64,000 nucleotides of DNA from Candidatus Krumholzibacteriia bacterium (GTDB taxonomy: Bacteria > Krumholzibacteriota > Krumholzibacteriia > LZORAL124-64-63): positions 32,001 to 96,000 of the forward strand of contig JAWOID010000071.1 of NCBI GenBank assembly GCA_046484865.1, in the 5' to 3' direction. This document shows, piece by piece, positions 29,582-39,482 of this stretch (positions within the stretch are counted from its first letter, which is position 1; every line of letters starts with the position of its first letter). The notes under the pieces were generated by a model. It searched no databases, was not told where the DNA came from, and saw only the letters and a list, made by a program, of their open reading frames with translations. The position numbers and the translations under genes were made by a program.

Positions 29582-30487
29582 ATGCTCGGCGCCTTGCTGC
29601 CCATCTTCGCCATCATCCTGCTGGGCTGGGCGCTGCGACGCCTGGGCTTCCCGGCCGCCGGCTTCTGGCCGCAGGCGGAACGCATCACCTACTACCTGTT
29701 CCTGCCCGCCCTCTTCGTCGGCAGCCTGGCGGTGGCCGATTTCGGATCGCTGGCCGCCGGCCGGCTCGCGCTGGCCCTCGCCCTCCCCATCGTCGTGATG
29801 TCCGCCGGTCTCCTGCTGGCGCGCCCGCACCTCCCGGTCTCCGGGCCCACCTTCACCTCGCTGTTCCAGGGCGCCGTGCGCATGAACACCTACGTGGGAC
29901 TGTCCGCCGCCGCCGCCCTCTTCGGCACCGCCGGCGTGACGATGTCCTCGGTGGCCATCGTGGCCATGATCCCGCTGATCAACGTGCTCTGCGTGAGCGT
30001 GATCACGATGTACGGCGCGCGCGGCGGGCGACCGGGCGGACGGGTCCTGCTGGAGATCGTGCGGAACCCCCTGATCGTCGGCTGCGCCGTGGGTTACGCG
30101 CTGAACGCCAGCGGCCTGGTCTTGCCGCCGGCGGCGGTGGAGTTCTTCCGGATCCTCGGTCGCGCCGCGCTGCCCATCGGCCTGCTGGCCGCCGGCACCG
30201 GCCTGCGCTTCGGCGCGGTGGGCCACGACCTGCGCGCGCTCGCCCTGGCGACGTCGGCCAAGCTGGTCGGCTTGCCGCTGCTGACGGCGGCCGCCTGCGA
30301 GCTGCTCGGCGTGGCCGGTGACGAGCGGACCATCGCCCTCGTGTTCGCCGCTCTGCCCACCTCGGCGGCGTCCTACATCCTGGCCCGCCAGCTCGGCGGC
30401 GACGTGCCGGCCATGGCCTCCATCATCACCGTCCAGCACCTGGCGGCGGCGCTCACCATGCCGGCCATGGTGGCGTGGCTGGGGTAG
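29582..30487 (+). CDS. AEC (auxin efflux carrier)-family transporter
   Basis: ERITYYLFLPALF, FQGAVRMN, RNPLI and PTSAASYILARQLGGD. Confidence 0.9.
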   Translation: MLGALLPIFAIILLGWALRRLGFPAAGFWPQAERITYYLFLPALFVGSLAVADFGSLAAGRLALALALPIVVMSAGLLLARPHLPVSGPTFTSLFQGAVRMNTYVGLSAAAALFGTAGVTMSSVAIVAMIPLINVLCVSVITMYGARGGRPGGRVLLEIVRNPLIVGCAVGYALNASGLVLPPAAVEFFRILGRAALPIGLLAAGTGLRFGAVGHDLRALALATSAKLVGLPLLTAAACELLGVAGDERTIALVFAALPTSAASYILARQLGGDVPAMASIITVQHLAAALTMPAMVAWLG

Positions 30488-30502
30488 GTTCAGGCTGCGG
30501 GC

Positions 30503-31852
30503 TCAGCCCGCCGCCGCCCGATCCCGCACCCGGTAGCAGATCACCTGCATGGGCTCCGGCTCCACGCCGTCATCCTCGCCCCCGGCGCCGCCGAAACCGC
30601 TCAGCATCGCATCGCGGTAGCCGGTGATGCGGAAGACCAGGTCCGACCGGGCGAAGAGCAGGCCGTCCTGGCGCGGATCCCCCTCGCAGCGCACCAGCAC
30701 CTGCTCCGCGAACCGGCCGTCGGGAGTGAAGACGTCGTAGCGGGTGAACACCCCCGGCGCCGGCTCCCAGAGGGCCCGGCTGGTCTGGACCCAGATGCGG
30801 CCGTGCTCGTCCACCCGGAGCGACGCGATGTCGGGCTCGGTATCCTCGAAGTGGATGGAGGCGTGGGGCGCCTGCCGGTCGCGCAACGTGGTCAGGATGC
30901 GACGCTGGATGTCGCGGGCCTGTTCGTTCCGCAGCCAGGGGCGGTAGTCACGAGTGAACACGCGCCGCAGCTCGCCGCCGGGCGCGTAGACCCGTACCTC
31001 GTAGCCGTTGCGGGCCTCGGCCGTCACGACCTCGCCCCGGGGCCCCACGGCGAAGCGGCGGTCCGGTCCCTCGCCCAGGATTACCTCGTCGTAGCTGAGG
31101 TTGCGGTGATCGATGACCGAGAGCCTCGAAGCGTAGGTCACCTTCCGCTGGCCGGACGTGTCGAAGGTCGCGATGAAGCTCTCGCGGGTGGCGCGCCCGG
31201 CAGCCTGATCGACGTGCTGCTCGGCGCCGCCGAGCACCACGTTCTCGCCGCCGCGCCGCAGCGCGCGGGCCATGTAGAACGCGCCCTGGGCCGGATCGCC
31301 CACGGTGATCGTCCCGGCCGGCGTGCCGTCCCGCGCCAGCCGGACGATCCGGCCGGGGAACATCTGCGTCACCGCCACCGTGCCGTCGGGCAGCAGGCAG
31401 AGATCGGTCGCGTTGCGGAACTCGCCGGGCCCCTCGCCCTCGCGGCCGAGGACAGCCACCAGCTCGCCCTCGGGCGACAGGACCTTGACCTCGCTGAGCT
31501 GGCTGTCCAGCAGGTAGATGGTGTCGCTCTCGTCGACGACCGCCCGCCGGACGGCGCCGAACATGACCTCCTCGTCGTCCCAGCCGCCGCGCCGCCACAA
31601 CTCCTCCAGCTCGAGTGTGCGCACGCCCCCGTCCGGTACGGCACCGTTGCGGACGTGAGGCACGCCGTCGATCACGGCGACCTCGCCGGCATGCGCAGTC
31701 GCGATGACGACGACCGCCGCCGGCAGGATGGCCATGGCGGCGAGGACGGTGGCATTGACGACGGCCGCCATTGAACCGAAGGAGAGGAGGGAACCGAGGG
31801 AGAGGATGGAACCGGCGGAGCCGGCTGCGATGCCGTGGCGATGGATGCGCAC
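30503..31852 (-). CDS. Secreted 6-bladed beta-propeller (NHL/DUF5128-like) protein
   Basis: IYLLD...GREGEGPGEF motif, DEHGRIWV and YDVFTPDG. GTG 31852 after GGGAGG; ATG 31771 is an alternative. Confidence 0.75.
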   Translation of the reverse strand: MRIHRHGIAAGSAGSILSLGSLLSFGSMAAVVNATVLAAMAILPAAVVVIATAHAGEVAVIDGVPHVRNGAVPDGGVRTLELEELWRRGGWDDEEVMFGAVRRAVVDESDTIYLLDSQLSEVKVLSPEGELVAVLGREGEGPGEFRNATDLCLLPDGTVAVTQMFPGRIVRLARDGTPAGTITVGDPAQGAFYMARALRRGGENVVLGGAEQHVDQAAGRATRESFIATFDTSGQRKVTYASRLSVIDHRNLSYDEVILGEGPDRRFAVGPRGEVVTAEARNGYEVRVYAPGGELRRVFTRDYRPWLRNEQARDIQRRILTTLRDRQAPHASIHFEDTEPDIASLRVDEHGRIWVQTSRALWEPAPGVFTRYDVFTPDGRFAEQVLVRCEGDPRQDGLLFARSDLVFRITGYRDAMLSGFGGAGGEDDGVEPEPMQVICYRVRDRAAAG

Positions 31853-31985
31853 GCGGAGCCTCCCGGTGGATGGGGACGAGACGCCGCCGTTGCGGCGCCT
31901 CCCCGAGTACGGGGCGGCTCGGTCCAGGTTGCAGGATGTTCGTGGTGTCCGAGCGCACGCGCCCGCGATCTCCCGGGCACTCACC

Positions 31986-33794
31986 TCACCTCGCCATCAG
32001 GATCTTCCGGGTGGAAACCGTTCCGTCCACGTCCAGACGCAGGAAGTACACCCCCGAAGGCGCCGACAGCCGTGTCCGGTCGAGGCCGTCCCAGGTGGCG
32101 GTATGCTCCCCCGCCGGCAGCGGCCCGTCCACCAGCACGGCCACCTCCCGCCCGCGCGCATCGTGGACGGTCAGCCGCACCAGACCCGCCCGTGGCAGCA
32201 GGCAGACGACCTCCGTGCGCGGATTGAAGGGATTGGGCCGGTTGGGCCCCAGGTGCGGTCGGGCCGGCAGAGCCGGGTCGATGGCCGAGAGCGCGTCGCG
32301 CCGCACCGTCACGGCGGTCGTCGCGCGCGCGGCGATGTCGACCTCCACGTGGCAGATGTCCTCCGAGCCGTCCGGCTCGACCTGCAGCAAGGTGCCGCCG
32401 GTCACCTGGATGGCGCCGTGACCGGCCACGAGGCGGAACTTCAGCAGACCGTTCTCGAACCGTTCGTCATACGCGTTGATGACCTCGGCGGTGACCTCTT
32501 CCGCCCGGCCGTCGTTGGCGGGCGACCAGGTCACGCTCAGGGTCTCGCCCGAGGACCCTGCGTCCGCGGTGGCACACGGATCCAGATCGCTGCCGACGAC
32601 CCGTACCAGGCGCCAGCTGCGCCGGCCGTCGCAGACCGCGGCTGTCGAGAGGTCGAAGGGGCGCACGTTCAGGCTGCCGTCATCGCGGTGGGTGTGGCCC
32701 GAGAGCATCATCTCCAGGCCGAGGGCGGAGAGATCGAGCTGGTCGCCGAAGTCGCGGTGCGTGAAGAGGACCTGGGCCGCAGTTTCGCCGGCAGTTGCCG
32801 CCAGGTCGGCCTCCAGCCAGGAGATCTGGTCCGCGGTGAAGCTCTCGGTACCGTAGACGCTGAGGCGCCAGCGGTCGTAGTTCAGGTACGATTCCAGGCT
32901 CACGAAGTGGACCGGACCGTAGTCGAATGCGTAGTCCTGCGTGCGGGCGGGCGCGCCCGGGGGCGGGTCGTCCAGGCGCGACCAGCCGAAGAAGCGCCAC
33001 CAGTCGCGGCGGGCCGTGCCGTCCGCGGGAGGCGTGTCGTCCCAGCCGCCGAGGTCGTGGTTGCCGGCCGTCACGTAGATCGGGACCTCGGACTCCGCGA
33101 GCAGACGCTGCGCCCGGGTGTAATACCGCCGCTCGAGGAAGTCTTCCAGCTCGCCCTCGTTCACCACGTCGCCGGTCAGCAGCACGAACTCGGGGTTGAT
33201 GATGCCGAGGTCCTCGAGGACCGCGCGCAGGTCGTCCGTCTCGCTGCTGTCCGTCTCCGCGCCCGGCTGGTCCCAGTAGACATGGGTCGGCAGGTGCGGA
33301 TCGGTGACGTGGACGAAGTACCAGCTGTCGCGGTAGGCGGGAATCACGCGCACGGCGTTCCGGGTCGTATCCTGCAGGCCGCCGCCGGCCGTGACGACGA
33401 GGTCGTACAGTTCGCTCGGCGTGTCGCCGGGGACGCTCGCCTCGAGCCGCCACCAGCGCGTCGAGGCGTCGAAGGCGGCAGCCGTGACCGGCAACTCCAC
33501 GACCAGGCTCCGCCTGCGGATCTCCACCTGCCACCCGGCGGTGGCCGGGTCGGCGGCGCAGGAGACCGTCAGCGTGGCGCTCGGCGTCACGATCGCGGGG
33601 ATGTTCAGCAGGGGACGCTGGATGACGGTGAGGGTGTCGCCGATGGCCTCGGCTGCGGCCGCCTCGGTCGGGCCGGCGCCGAGGACGGCGCCGAAGGTGG
33701 CTACGATCGCCACCATGCCGGCCAGGACGACGAGGACGTCGGACACGGTCCGCACGGGGCGCGGGGCCCGGCGGCCGGGAGAGCGATCTGGCAT
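31986..33794 (-). CDS. Secreted metallophosphoesterase with PNPFNP/FlgD-Ig C-terminal domain
   Basis: VTDPH, TGD, GNHD and SGHTH motifs. C-terminal PNPFNP...WDG...SGVYFLRL...RKILMAR. Confidence 0.85.
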   Translation of the reverse strand: MPDRSPGRRAPRPVRTVSDVLVVLAGMVAIVATFGAVLGAGPTEAAAAEAIGDTLTVIQRPLLNIPAIVTPSATLTVSCAADPATAGWQVEIRRRSLVVELPVTAAAFDASTRWWRLEASVPGDTPSELYDLVVTAGGGLQDTTRNAVRVIPAYRDSWYFVHVTDPHLPTHVYWDQPGAETDSSETDDLRAVLEDLGIINPEFVLLTGDVVNEGELEDFLERRYYTRAQRLLAESEVPIYVTAGNHDLGGWDDTPPADGTARRDWWRFFGWSRLDDPPPGAPARTQDYAFDYGPVHFVSLESYLNYDRWRLSVYGTESFTADQISWLEADLAATAGETAAQVLFTHRDFGDQLDLSALGLEMMLSGHTHRDDGSLNVRPFDLSTAAVCDGRRSWRLVRVVGSDLDPCATADAGSSGETLSVTWSPANDGRAEEVTAEVINAYDERFENGLLKFRLVAGHGAIQVTGGTLLQVEPDGSEDICHVEVDIAARATTAVTVRRDALSAIDPALPARPHLGPNRPNPFNPRTEVVCLLPRAGLVRLTVHDARGREVAVLVDGPLPAGEHTATWDGLDRTRLSAPSGVYFLRLDVDGTVSTRKILMAR

Positions 33795-34032
33795 GGTGAC
33801 GACTTCCTGTAGCGGACCTGGGTTGCCGGACGGTTCTGCAGGAGATCGTAGCACACACGGTGCAGCCGGGGGAAGCGACCGGTGCTGCATCCACGCCGGT
33901 CCTGCGCCCGCGTGGCGCGCGCGCGCGGGCATCGTATCATGATCGTATGCCGATGAGTTCCCGTTGCCGCTTCCCGGAAACCCCGGGCCTGCGACGAGGC
34001 GTTGCCGGCGATGAAACACGAGGAGAGCGGAG

Positions 34033-34356
34033 ATGGAAGAGATTGCGGTCAACGCGACCGATCTGGCCTGGGAACCGGCCGAGGGTTACCCGGAAGGCAC
34101 CATGCGCAAGGTCCTGCGGCGAGATGCGGACGACAAGCCCTTGACGGTCCTGCTCAAGCTCCCGGCAGGATTCCAGATGGCAGACCATACCCACGTGTGT
34201 ACCGAACAGCACTATGTCCTGGACGGAGAGTACGAGGTCGCCGGCCGGCGCTATCACTCCGGGCATTACCGGATGTATCCGGCGCAGACGTCGCACGGCC
34301 CCTTCCGGACCGAGATCGGGGCCGTGGTGCTGGTACTCTGGGAACTGTGCACCTGA
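34033..34356 (+). CDS. ChrR-like cupin protein
   Basis: HTH...EQHYVLDG and HGP cupin motifs. RBS GAGGAG. Confidence 0.85.
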   Translation: MEEIAVNATDLAWEPAEGYPEGTMRKVLRRDADDKPLTVLLKLPAGFQMADHTHVCTEQHYVLDGEYEVAGRRYHSGHYRMYPAQTSHGPFRTEIGAVVLVLWELCT

Positions 34357-34399
34357 CGCTGTGCGGAGACGCAGGCGCCTCGCTGCCGCTAATCCGGGG

Positions 34400-34615
34400 C
34401 TAAGGGCCCCGGCGCGTGCCCGCCACGACCAGCACGACTCCGGCCAGCACCGCCACACCGGACGCGATCGGCCCGATCGGGATGGTCTCCGTTTTTTCTC
34501 TCTCGATCTCGAGTTCGCCCAGATCTGCAACCGTCTCGTTTCTCTCGAAGGAAATTCCTCCGAATATGAAACCGAGTATGCCGAGGACGATGAGCACGAT
34601 GCCGAGGATCTTCAC
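34400..34615 (-). CDS. Small two-TM membrane protein (DUF3185-like)
   Basis: KILGIVLIVLG...DLGELEI...IPI..GVVLVV. GTG after GGGGAGG. Confidence 0.7.
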   Translation of the reverse strand: MKILGIVLIVLGILGFIFGGISFERNETVADLGELEIEREKTETIPIGPIASGVAVLAGVVLVVAGTRRGP

Positions 34616-34730
34616 GTCAGGCCTCCCCGATTGAACTCCGCGCGGCACGCATGACCAGCGAGCGCTTGTCCCGCTCCCTGCCAAGTAAGGTCCAGATCGC
34701 TGGCCGCGCACGCCTCGTCGTCGGGTGGTG

Positions 34731-36278
34731 CTATTCCCTCAGACGGAGTATCCAGACATCCTCTGCGCTCGTCGTCACCGGTTCGAAGTGCGCCAGCAGT
34801 TCTTCGCCGTCCAGAGGCCAGATCTCCGCCAGGCCTCTCACTCGCTTCGATGCACCCTCGTCATAGACCAGGTAGCGCTGGCCCCTGGCACGCATCCGCC
34901 CGGCGATATCCGCGACCGTTCCATACGGCGGAAACTCGTCTGCGTACCAGTCGATCGCGTACCGGTCCTTCGTCGGTCGCGTCATGTCGTAATAATCGAA
35001 AGACCATGCCAGGACTTCGTGCGGGCCGGGCGCCGACGGCTCGCTGGCCAGGGTTTGCGAGACGGCGATCCTGCCGAGATCGTGCGCGGATATCGGTTGT
35101 AGCCACATGGGCCTCACATGGTACCAGGCCAGCCAGAGACACAGCGAGACCACCACGACGGTGCGGAACGGCAACGACTCCGCGAAGGCCAGCGGCAGTC
35201 GTGACGGGATGAGCCGGAAGCAACCGAACGCGGCATAGATCGCCAGCAAGGGAGCGAGGAACAGTAGCAAACGGGCATTGATGAAAGCCATGCTCAGCGT
35301 GGCCAGGAACGCGACCATGCACAGCACGATCAACAGCGATGCCTTGCGCACGACGGTGGTCCGGAGCGAAAGGAGCGCCGCCGCAAAGGCCAGCAGTCCC
35401 AGCGGGTAATGGACCAGGTCCAGCCGGAAGGCGCCGGTCACGGTCTCGTACCAGTGCCGGACGAAGACGGTGGGCTCGCCGGCGACGATCCTCCCCAGGC
35501 TCGTGATCGAGCGGGCGGCGGGCATGTTCTGGCCCCAGTTGCCGCCGCCGTGCATCCCGAAATAGACATTGCGCGCCTGCAGGTTGTACAGCGGCTGGCC
35601 CTCGACGACCGTCGACATCACGAGTTGCGGCAGGGCCGCGAGCACGAAGGCTCCCAGGAGGATGGCGCCGTCCGCGACCCGACGCCCGCTCACCGGCCGT
35701 CCCTCGACCGCCATGATCCAGAACAGGATCGGCGGCACCATGATGAGGGCCGTGTACCTGAAGAGATAGGCGACCCCGAGCGCGAAGCCGGCGACGACGA
35801 GCTGGTCGCGACTGCGAGTCAGGGCATACGAAACGGCGTACGCCATCGCCACCAGGAGGACCGCCACGGCAGCCAGGTCCGTCCCGGACGTGGTCGCGAA
35901 CCGCAGGTACGAAGGGTTCGTGGCGCAGAAGAGGACGGCGAGCAACGCCACCCGGGCCTCGAAGAGCGTGCGGGCGATCCTGGCGACCATGAAGAGCCCG
36001 AGGATTCCCGCGAGGAGCGCGATGATCCGGCCGGCCAGCTCGTAATCCGTGACGACGGCCGCGACGGCCCGCAGCAGAAGCGGGTAGCCGAGGGGATACA
36101 ATCCGTCGACCCACGCGGAGGCATCCGACAGCGACAGGCTCTCGGCTCGCGGAATGAACCCGAAGACGTCGGTGAGGCCGATGGTGGGGTTGGCATACGA
36201 GAGACGAGCCGCGACCAGCGCCCAGACCGCGATGACGGCCAGGGTCGCCCAGCGATAGCGATGTCCTGCGTCGATCAT
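34731..36278 (-). CDS. GT-C fold (PMT/ArnT-like, family 39) membrane glycosyltransferase
   Basis: Many TM helices, YPLGYPLLL loop, acidic TD motif and GVAYLFRY. Confidence 0.75.
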   Translation of the reverse strand: MIDAGHRYRWATLAVIAVWALVAARLSYANPTIGLTDVFGFIPRAESLSLSDASAWVDGLYPLGYPLLLRAVAAVVTDYELAGRIIALLAGILGLFMVARIARTLFEARVALLAVLFCATNPSYLRFATTSGTDLAAVAVLLVAMAYAVSYALTRSRDQLVVAGFALGVAYLFRYTALIMVPPILFWIMAVEGRPVSGRRVADGAILLGAFVLAALPQLVMSTVVEGQPLYNLQARNVYFGMHGGGNWGQNMPAARSITSLGRIVAGEPTVFVRHWYETVTGAFRLDLVHYPLGLLAFAAALLSLRTTVVRKASLLIVLCMVAFLATLSMAFINARLLLFLAPLLAIYAAFGCFRLIPSRLPLAFAESLPFRTVVVVSLCLWLAWYHVRPMWLQPISAHDLGRIAVSQTLASEPSAPGPHEVLAWSFDYYDMTRPTKDRYAIDWYADEFPPYGTVADIAGRMRARGQRYLVYDEGASKRVRGLAEIWPLDGEELLAHFEPVTTSAEDVWILRLRE

Positions 36279-36545
36279 CGCTGACCTCGACGGTCCGTCG
36301 GCCCGCGACGACACGCCTGCCGGCCGGCCAGACCGATCAGAGACGGGGCAATCGGCTAGCGCAACGTACGACAGAACGGCCGGACCGCACAACACCCGCG
36401 TGGGACCGGCGCCCGGGCAGACCATTCGCTGCGTCGGTCGTCTCGCCGGCGTCGCCGTACGATCCCCGACCTGCCGTTTCTCGACGACTTCGCCGACGCG
36501 CTCGATCCGTGGCGACGGCGCCTGGTCCTGGTCCGGTGAGGATGC

Positions 36546-37853
36546 TCACTCCCGATGCGGCAGGCGGGCCCAGATGATGAAGCTCGCCGCGGCCAGGACA
36601 GTCGCGAAGAGGGCGATGGTCAGGTAGGGCGAGATCAACTCGGCCACCCAGCCGGCCAGGAACGAGCCGAGGGGCAGCGAGCCGCCGAAACCCACGGCCC
36701 AGATCCCCATCACGCGGCCGCGGATGCCGTCGTCCACGCTGGTCTGGACCAGGGTGTTGCTGGTAGATAGGAACATCACCGCGCCGAAGCCGGCCACCAT
36801 GATCCCCGCGCTCATGGGCAGCATGGCCCGCGACATCGACACGATCAGGCTGCCGGCGCAGAGGGTCCAGAGCCCGCCGAACACCTGCAGCCTCGAGGTC
36901 CCGCTGGTGGTCCTCGCCGCCACGATGAGCGCTCCCACGATGGCGCCCACGCCGAACATCGACATCAGCACGCCGTACTGCAGTTCGCTCAGGTGCAGGA
37001 GGTCCTGGGCGATGGCCGGCATGAGCGTCTGGAACGACCAGCCGAACACGCCCATCACGAACAGCAGCAGCAGCAGGATGCGCACCGGGCGGTTACGGCG
37101 CACCTCGCGAAAGCCCTCCAGCAGTTCCTGCCAGTGGCTGGTTCGCCGCGGGAGGATGGTGCGCGGCTGCAGGCGCATGGCCACGAGCGTCGCGATCACC
37201 GCCAGGTAGCTCACGGCATCCACCAGGAAGCAGAAGCCGATGCCGATCGTGCCCATGAGCAGTCCCGCCACGCCGGGACCGATGATCCGCGAGAGGTTGA
37301 CCAGGGCCGAATTCAGGGCGATGGCATTGAGCAGGTGCTCGCGTCCCACCATCTCCACCACGAAGGCCTGCCGTGCCGGCGCCTCGACGGCGAACGCCAC
37401 GCCGCCGAGCGTGGCCAGGGCCATCAGGTGCCAGGTCTGCACCTGCCCGGAGAGGACCAGCGCCGCGATGGCCGCCGATGTCAGCGAGGCGAGCACCTGC
37501 GCGGCGATGATCATGCGGCGGCGGTCCACGCGGTCGGCGATGGCGCCGGCGGCCGGGGAGAGCACGAAGAGGGGCAGCAGCGACAGACCCATCACGGCAC
37601 CCAGCAGGGCGCGCGAACCGGTCAACTCGTACACGAGCCACCCCAGTGCCGTGCGTCGCACCCAGGTGCCCACCAGGGACGTGCCCTGACCGATGTAGAA
37701 GAGGCGGAAGTTGCGCAGCCGGAGCGAGGCGAAGGTGCTGCGCAGCCACGATCCCTCCAGCCCGACGGTCGCGAACGCATCCACGCCGCCCGCCGAGCGG
37801 GGCGGCTCGTCGGGGCGCGGGAGGTGCTCGTCGCGGTCCGGAGGATGCGTCAT
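36546..37853 (-). CDS. MFS transporter (DHA3/MFS_3-like)
   Basis: RNFRLFYIGQ, GAIADRVDRR, PARQAF, NAIALNS and RGRVMG. Confidence 0.92.
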   Translation of the reverse strand: MTHPPDRDEHLPRPDEPPRSAGGVDAFATVGLEGSWLRSTFASLRLRNFRLFYIGQGTSLVGTWVRRTALGWLVYELTGSRALLGAVMGLSLLPLFVLSPAAGAIADRVDRRRMIIAAQVLASLTSAAIAALVLSGQVQTWHLMALATLGGVAFAVEAPARQAFVVEMVGREHLLNAIALNSALVNLSRIIGPGVAGLLMGTIGIGFCFLVDAVSYLAVIATLVAMRLQPRTILPRRTSHWQELLEGFREVRRNRPVRILLLLLFVMGVFGWSFQTLMPAIAQDLLHLSELQYGVLMSMFGVGAIVGALIVAARTTSGTSRLQVFGGLWTLCAGSLIVSMSRAMLPMSAGIMVAGFGAVMFLSTSNTLVQTSVDDGIRGRVMGIWAVGFGGSLPLGSFLAGWVAELISPYLTIALFATVLAAASFIIWARLPHRE

Positions 37854-37932
37854 GGTGCTCAAAGCTGTGTCGAACCGCGCCGGACCGCCAGCGACCGGGC
37901 CAGGAAGTCCTGGCCTGGCCGCCGATCCTCGC

Positions 37933-37938
37933 TATAAT
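37933..37938 (+). promoter_or_regulatory. Consensus -10 element TATAAT upstream of the Rho-N-like gene
   Basis: Exact TATAAT in a GC-rich divergent intergenic region. The -35 element is weak. Confidence 0.5.
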
Positions 37939-38015
37939 TGACGGGCGTACGGGTCATCGCCCGGACCGGGCAGCATCGGTCCGTGCGTCGTTTTCATGCC
38001 CGGAAGGAGTTGCGT

Positions 38016-38336
38016 GTGGACTGGCACGAGTTGAACAAGAAGCGGGTGGCCGACCTGCGTGAACTGGCGCACGAACATGCGCCCGACGTCACCGGCGTCA
38101 CCCAGATGAAGAAGCCCGAGCTGGTCGGCATCCTGGCCGAGCGCATGGGCATCGAGCCCCCGAAGAAGATCGTCCGGGGCATCGACAAGACGAACATCAA
38201 GACGAAGATCGACGAGCACAAGCAGAAGCGGGACGCCGCGCTGGAGGCCCACGACCACGCCGAGTTGAAGACGCAGCGGCGGGCGATCCACCGCCTGAAG
38301 CGCCGCCTGCGCCGCTCCGCGAGCCTCACCCGCTAG
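38016..38336 (+). CDS. Small basic protein with Rho-N/HeH-like domain and coiled coil
   Basis: LNKKRVADLRELA...GVTQMKKPELV resembles the Rho N-terminal domain. Arg/Lys-rich C-terminus. GTG after AAGGAG. Confidence 0.7.
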   Translation: MDWHELNKKRVADLRELAHEHAPDVTGVTQMKKPELVGILAERMGIEPPKKIVRGIDKTNIKTKIDEHKQKRDAALEAHDHAELKTQRRAIHRLKRRLRRSASLTR

Positions 38337-38343
38337 ACGGGAC

Positions 38344-38371
38344 CCGGACGGCCGCCGAGGCGACCGTCCGG
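38344..38371. terminator. GC-rich hairpin between convergent genes (possible terminator)
   Basis: CCGGACGG-C-CGC/CGAG/GCG-A-CCGTCCGG. No U-tract. Confidence 0.4.
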
Positions 38372-38440
38372 ACGGCATCTGTCCTTCCGCGCGCCGGTGC
38401 CTGCGGGTGGCCGGCGCGCGTGCGCTGGCGACCCGCGTGC

Positions 38441-38490
38441 GCCGTCACCGCCGTCACCGCCGCCACCGCCGCCACCGCCGCCGCCGCCGC
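38441..38490. repeat. Low-complexity 9-bp / CCG tandem repeat
   Basis: GCCGTCACC x2, GCCGCCACC x2, then (GCC)n. Confidence 0.7.
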
Positions 38491-38498
38491 GGTCCGAG

Positions 38499-39482
38499 CT
38501 ACCGCGGCAGCAGCCGTCGCACGGCATCGGCGCCGTCGGCCTGCATCAACTCCGCCCGCAAGGTGGCGGCGCCGGGAAAGCCGGTGCAGTAGATCTTGTA
38601 GAACTTCTTGAGATTGTTGAAGTTGCGGACGCCGTCCCACACCTCGAGGTAACGCTCGGTATGCTGCCAGAGCAGCGCCAGGCGCTCGCGGCAGTCCGGA
38701 TCGGGCGGTGGATCGTTGAAGAGCCAGGCGTTCTGGAACACCCCGCGGCCCACCATCACCCCCTCCACCCCGTGGCGAGCCGCCAGCGCGCGGCCCTGCG
38801 CCACCGACGTGACGTCGCCGTTGCCGATCATCACCGTCGAACTGCCCATCGCGTCGCGCAGCCGCACGGCCTTGCCGATCTCGTTCCAGTCCGCGGGCAC
38901 CTTCGTCATGTCGCGCTGGGTACGTCCGTGCAGGGTGATGGCTGCGGGGCCGGTCTCGAGCAGCCGTCCGATCCACTCCTCCGTGATCGGCTCCCGCAGA
39001 CCCGTGCGAGTCTTCACGCTCACGGGCAGGTGGGTGCCGTCCCGGGTGGCGCGCACGATCTCGCAGGCCAGGTCCGGGTCGCCGATCAGGGCCGAGCAGG
39101 CGGCCTGCTTGCCGGCGATCTTGCGCACCGGGCAGCCGAAGTTGATGTCGATGCCGTCGAATTCGTGATCGCGGGTGATGATCTCGGCGGCGCGCCGGAA
39201 GTGCTCCGGATCCCGTCCCCAGATCTGCGCCACGATCCGCACGCCCGTGGCGCGCAGCAGGGCCCGCTCCGCCCCGGTGACGAGCAGCCGGGTGGCCACG
39301 GCGAATCGGCCCTCGGGATGGACGAGACCGTCCGTGCTGGCGAACTCGCCGAAGACGACGCGCAGGTGCGCGGGGTCGGAGATCCGCAGCACGATCTCGC
39401 GGAAGATCGTGTCGGTGACGTCTTCCATCGGCGCCAGGACGAAGAACGGCGCCGGCAACTCGGACCAGAAACTCCGGGTCAC
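38499..39482 (-). CDS. tRNA-dihydrouridine synthase (Dus family)
   Basis: LAPMEDVTD, DINFGCP, PVSVKTR, TLHGRT, IGNGDV and GVMVGRG. GTG overlaps the upstream stop. Confidence 0.93.
   Translation of the reverse strand: MTRSFWSELPAPFFVLAPMEDVTDTIFREIVLRISDPAHLRVVFGEFASTDGLVHPEGRFAVATRLLVTGAERALLRATGVRIVAQIWGRDPEHFRRAAEIITRDHEFDGIDINFGCPVRKIAGKQAACSALIGDPDLACEIVRATRDGTHLPVSVKTRTGLREPITEEWIGRLLETGPAAITLHGRTQRDMTKVPADWNEIGKAVRLRDAMGSSTVMIGNGDVTSVAQGRALAARHGVEGVMVGRGVFQNAWLFNDPPPDPDCRERLALLWQHTERYLEVWDGVRNFNNLKKFYKIYCTGFPGAATLRAELMQADGADAVRRLLPR

Noticed and set aside
38397..38520. Poly-proline ORF from the CCG repeat
   Set aside because: It is an intergenic low-complexity repeat with no RBS, and the ORF runs antisense into dus.
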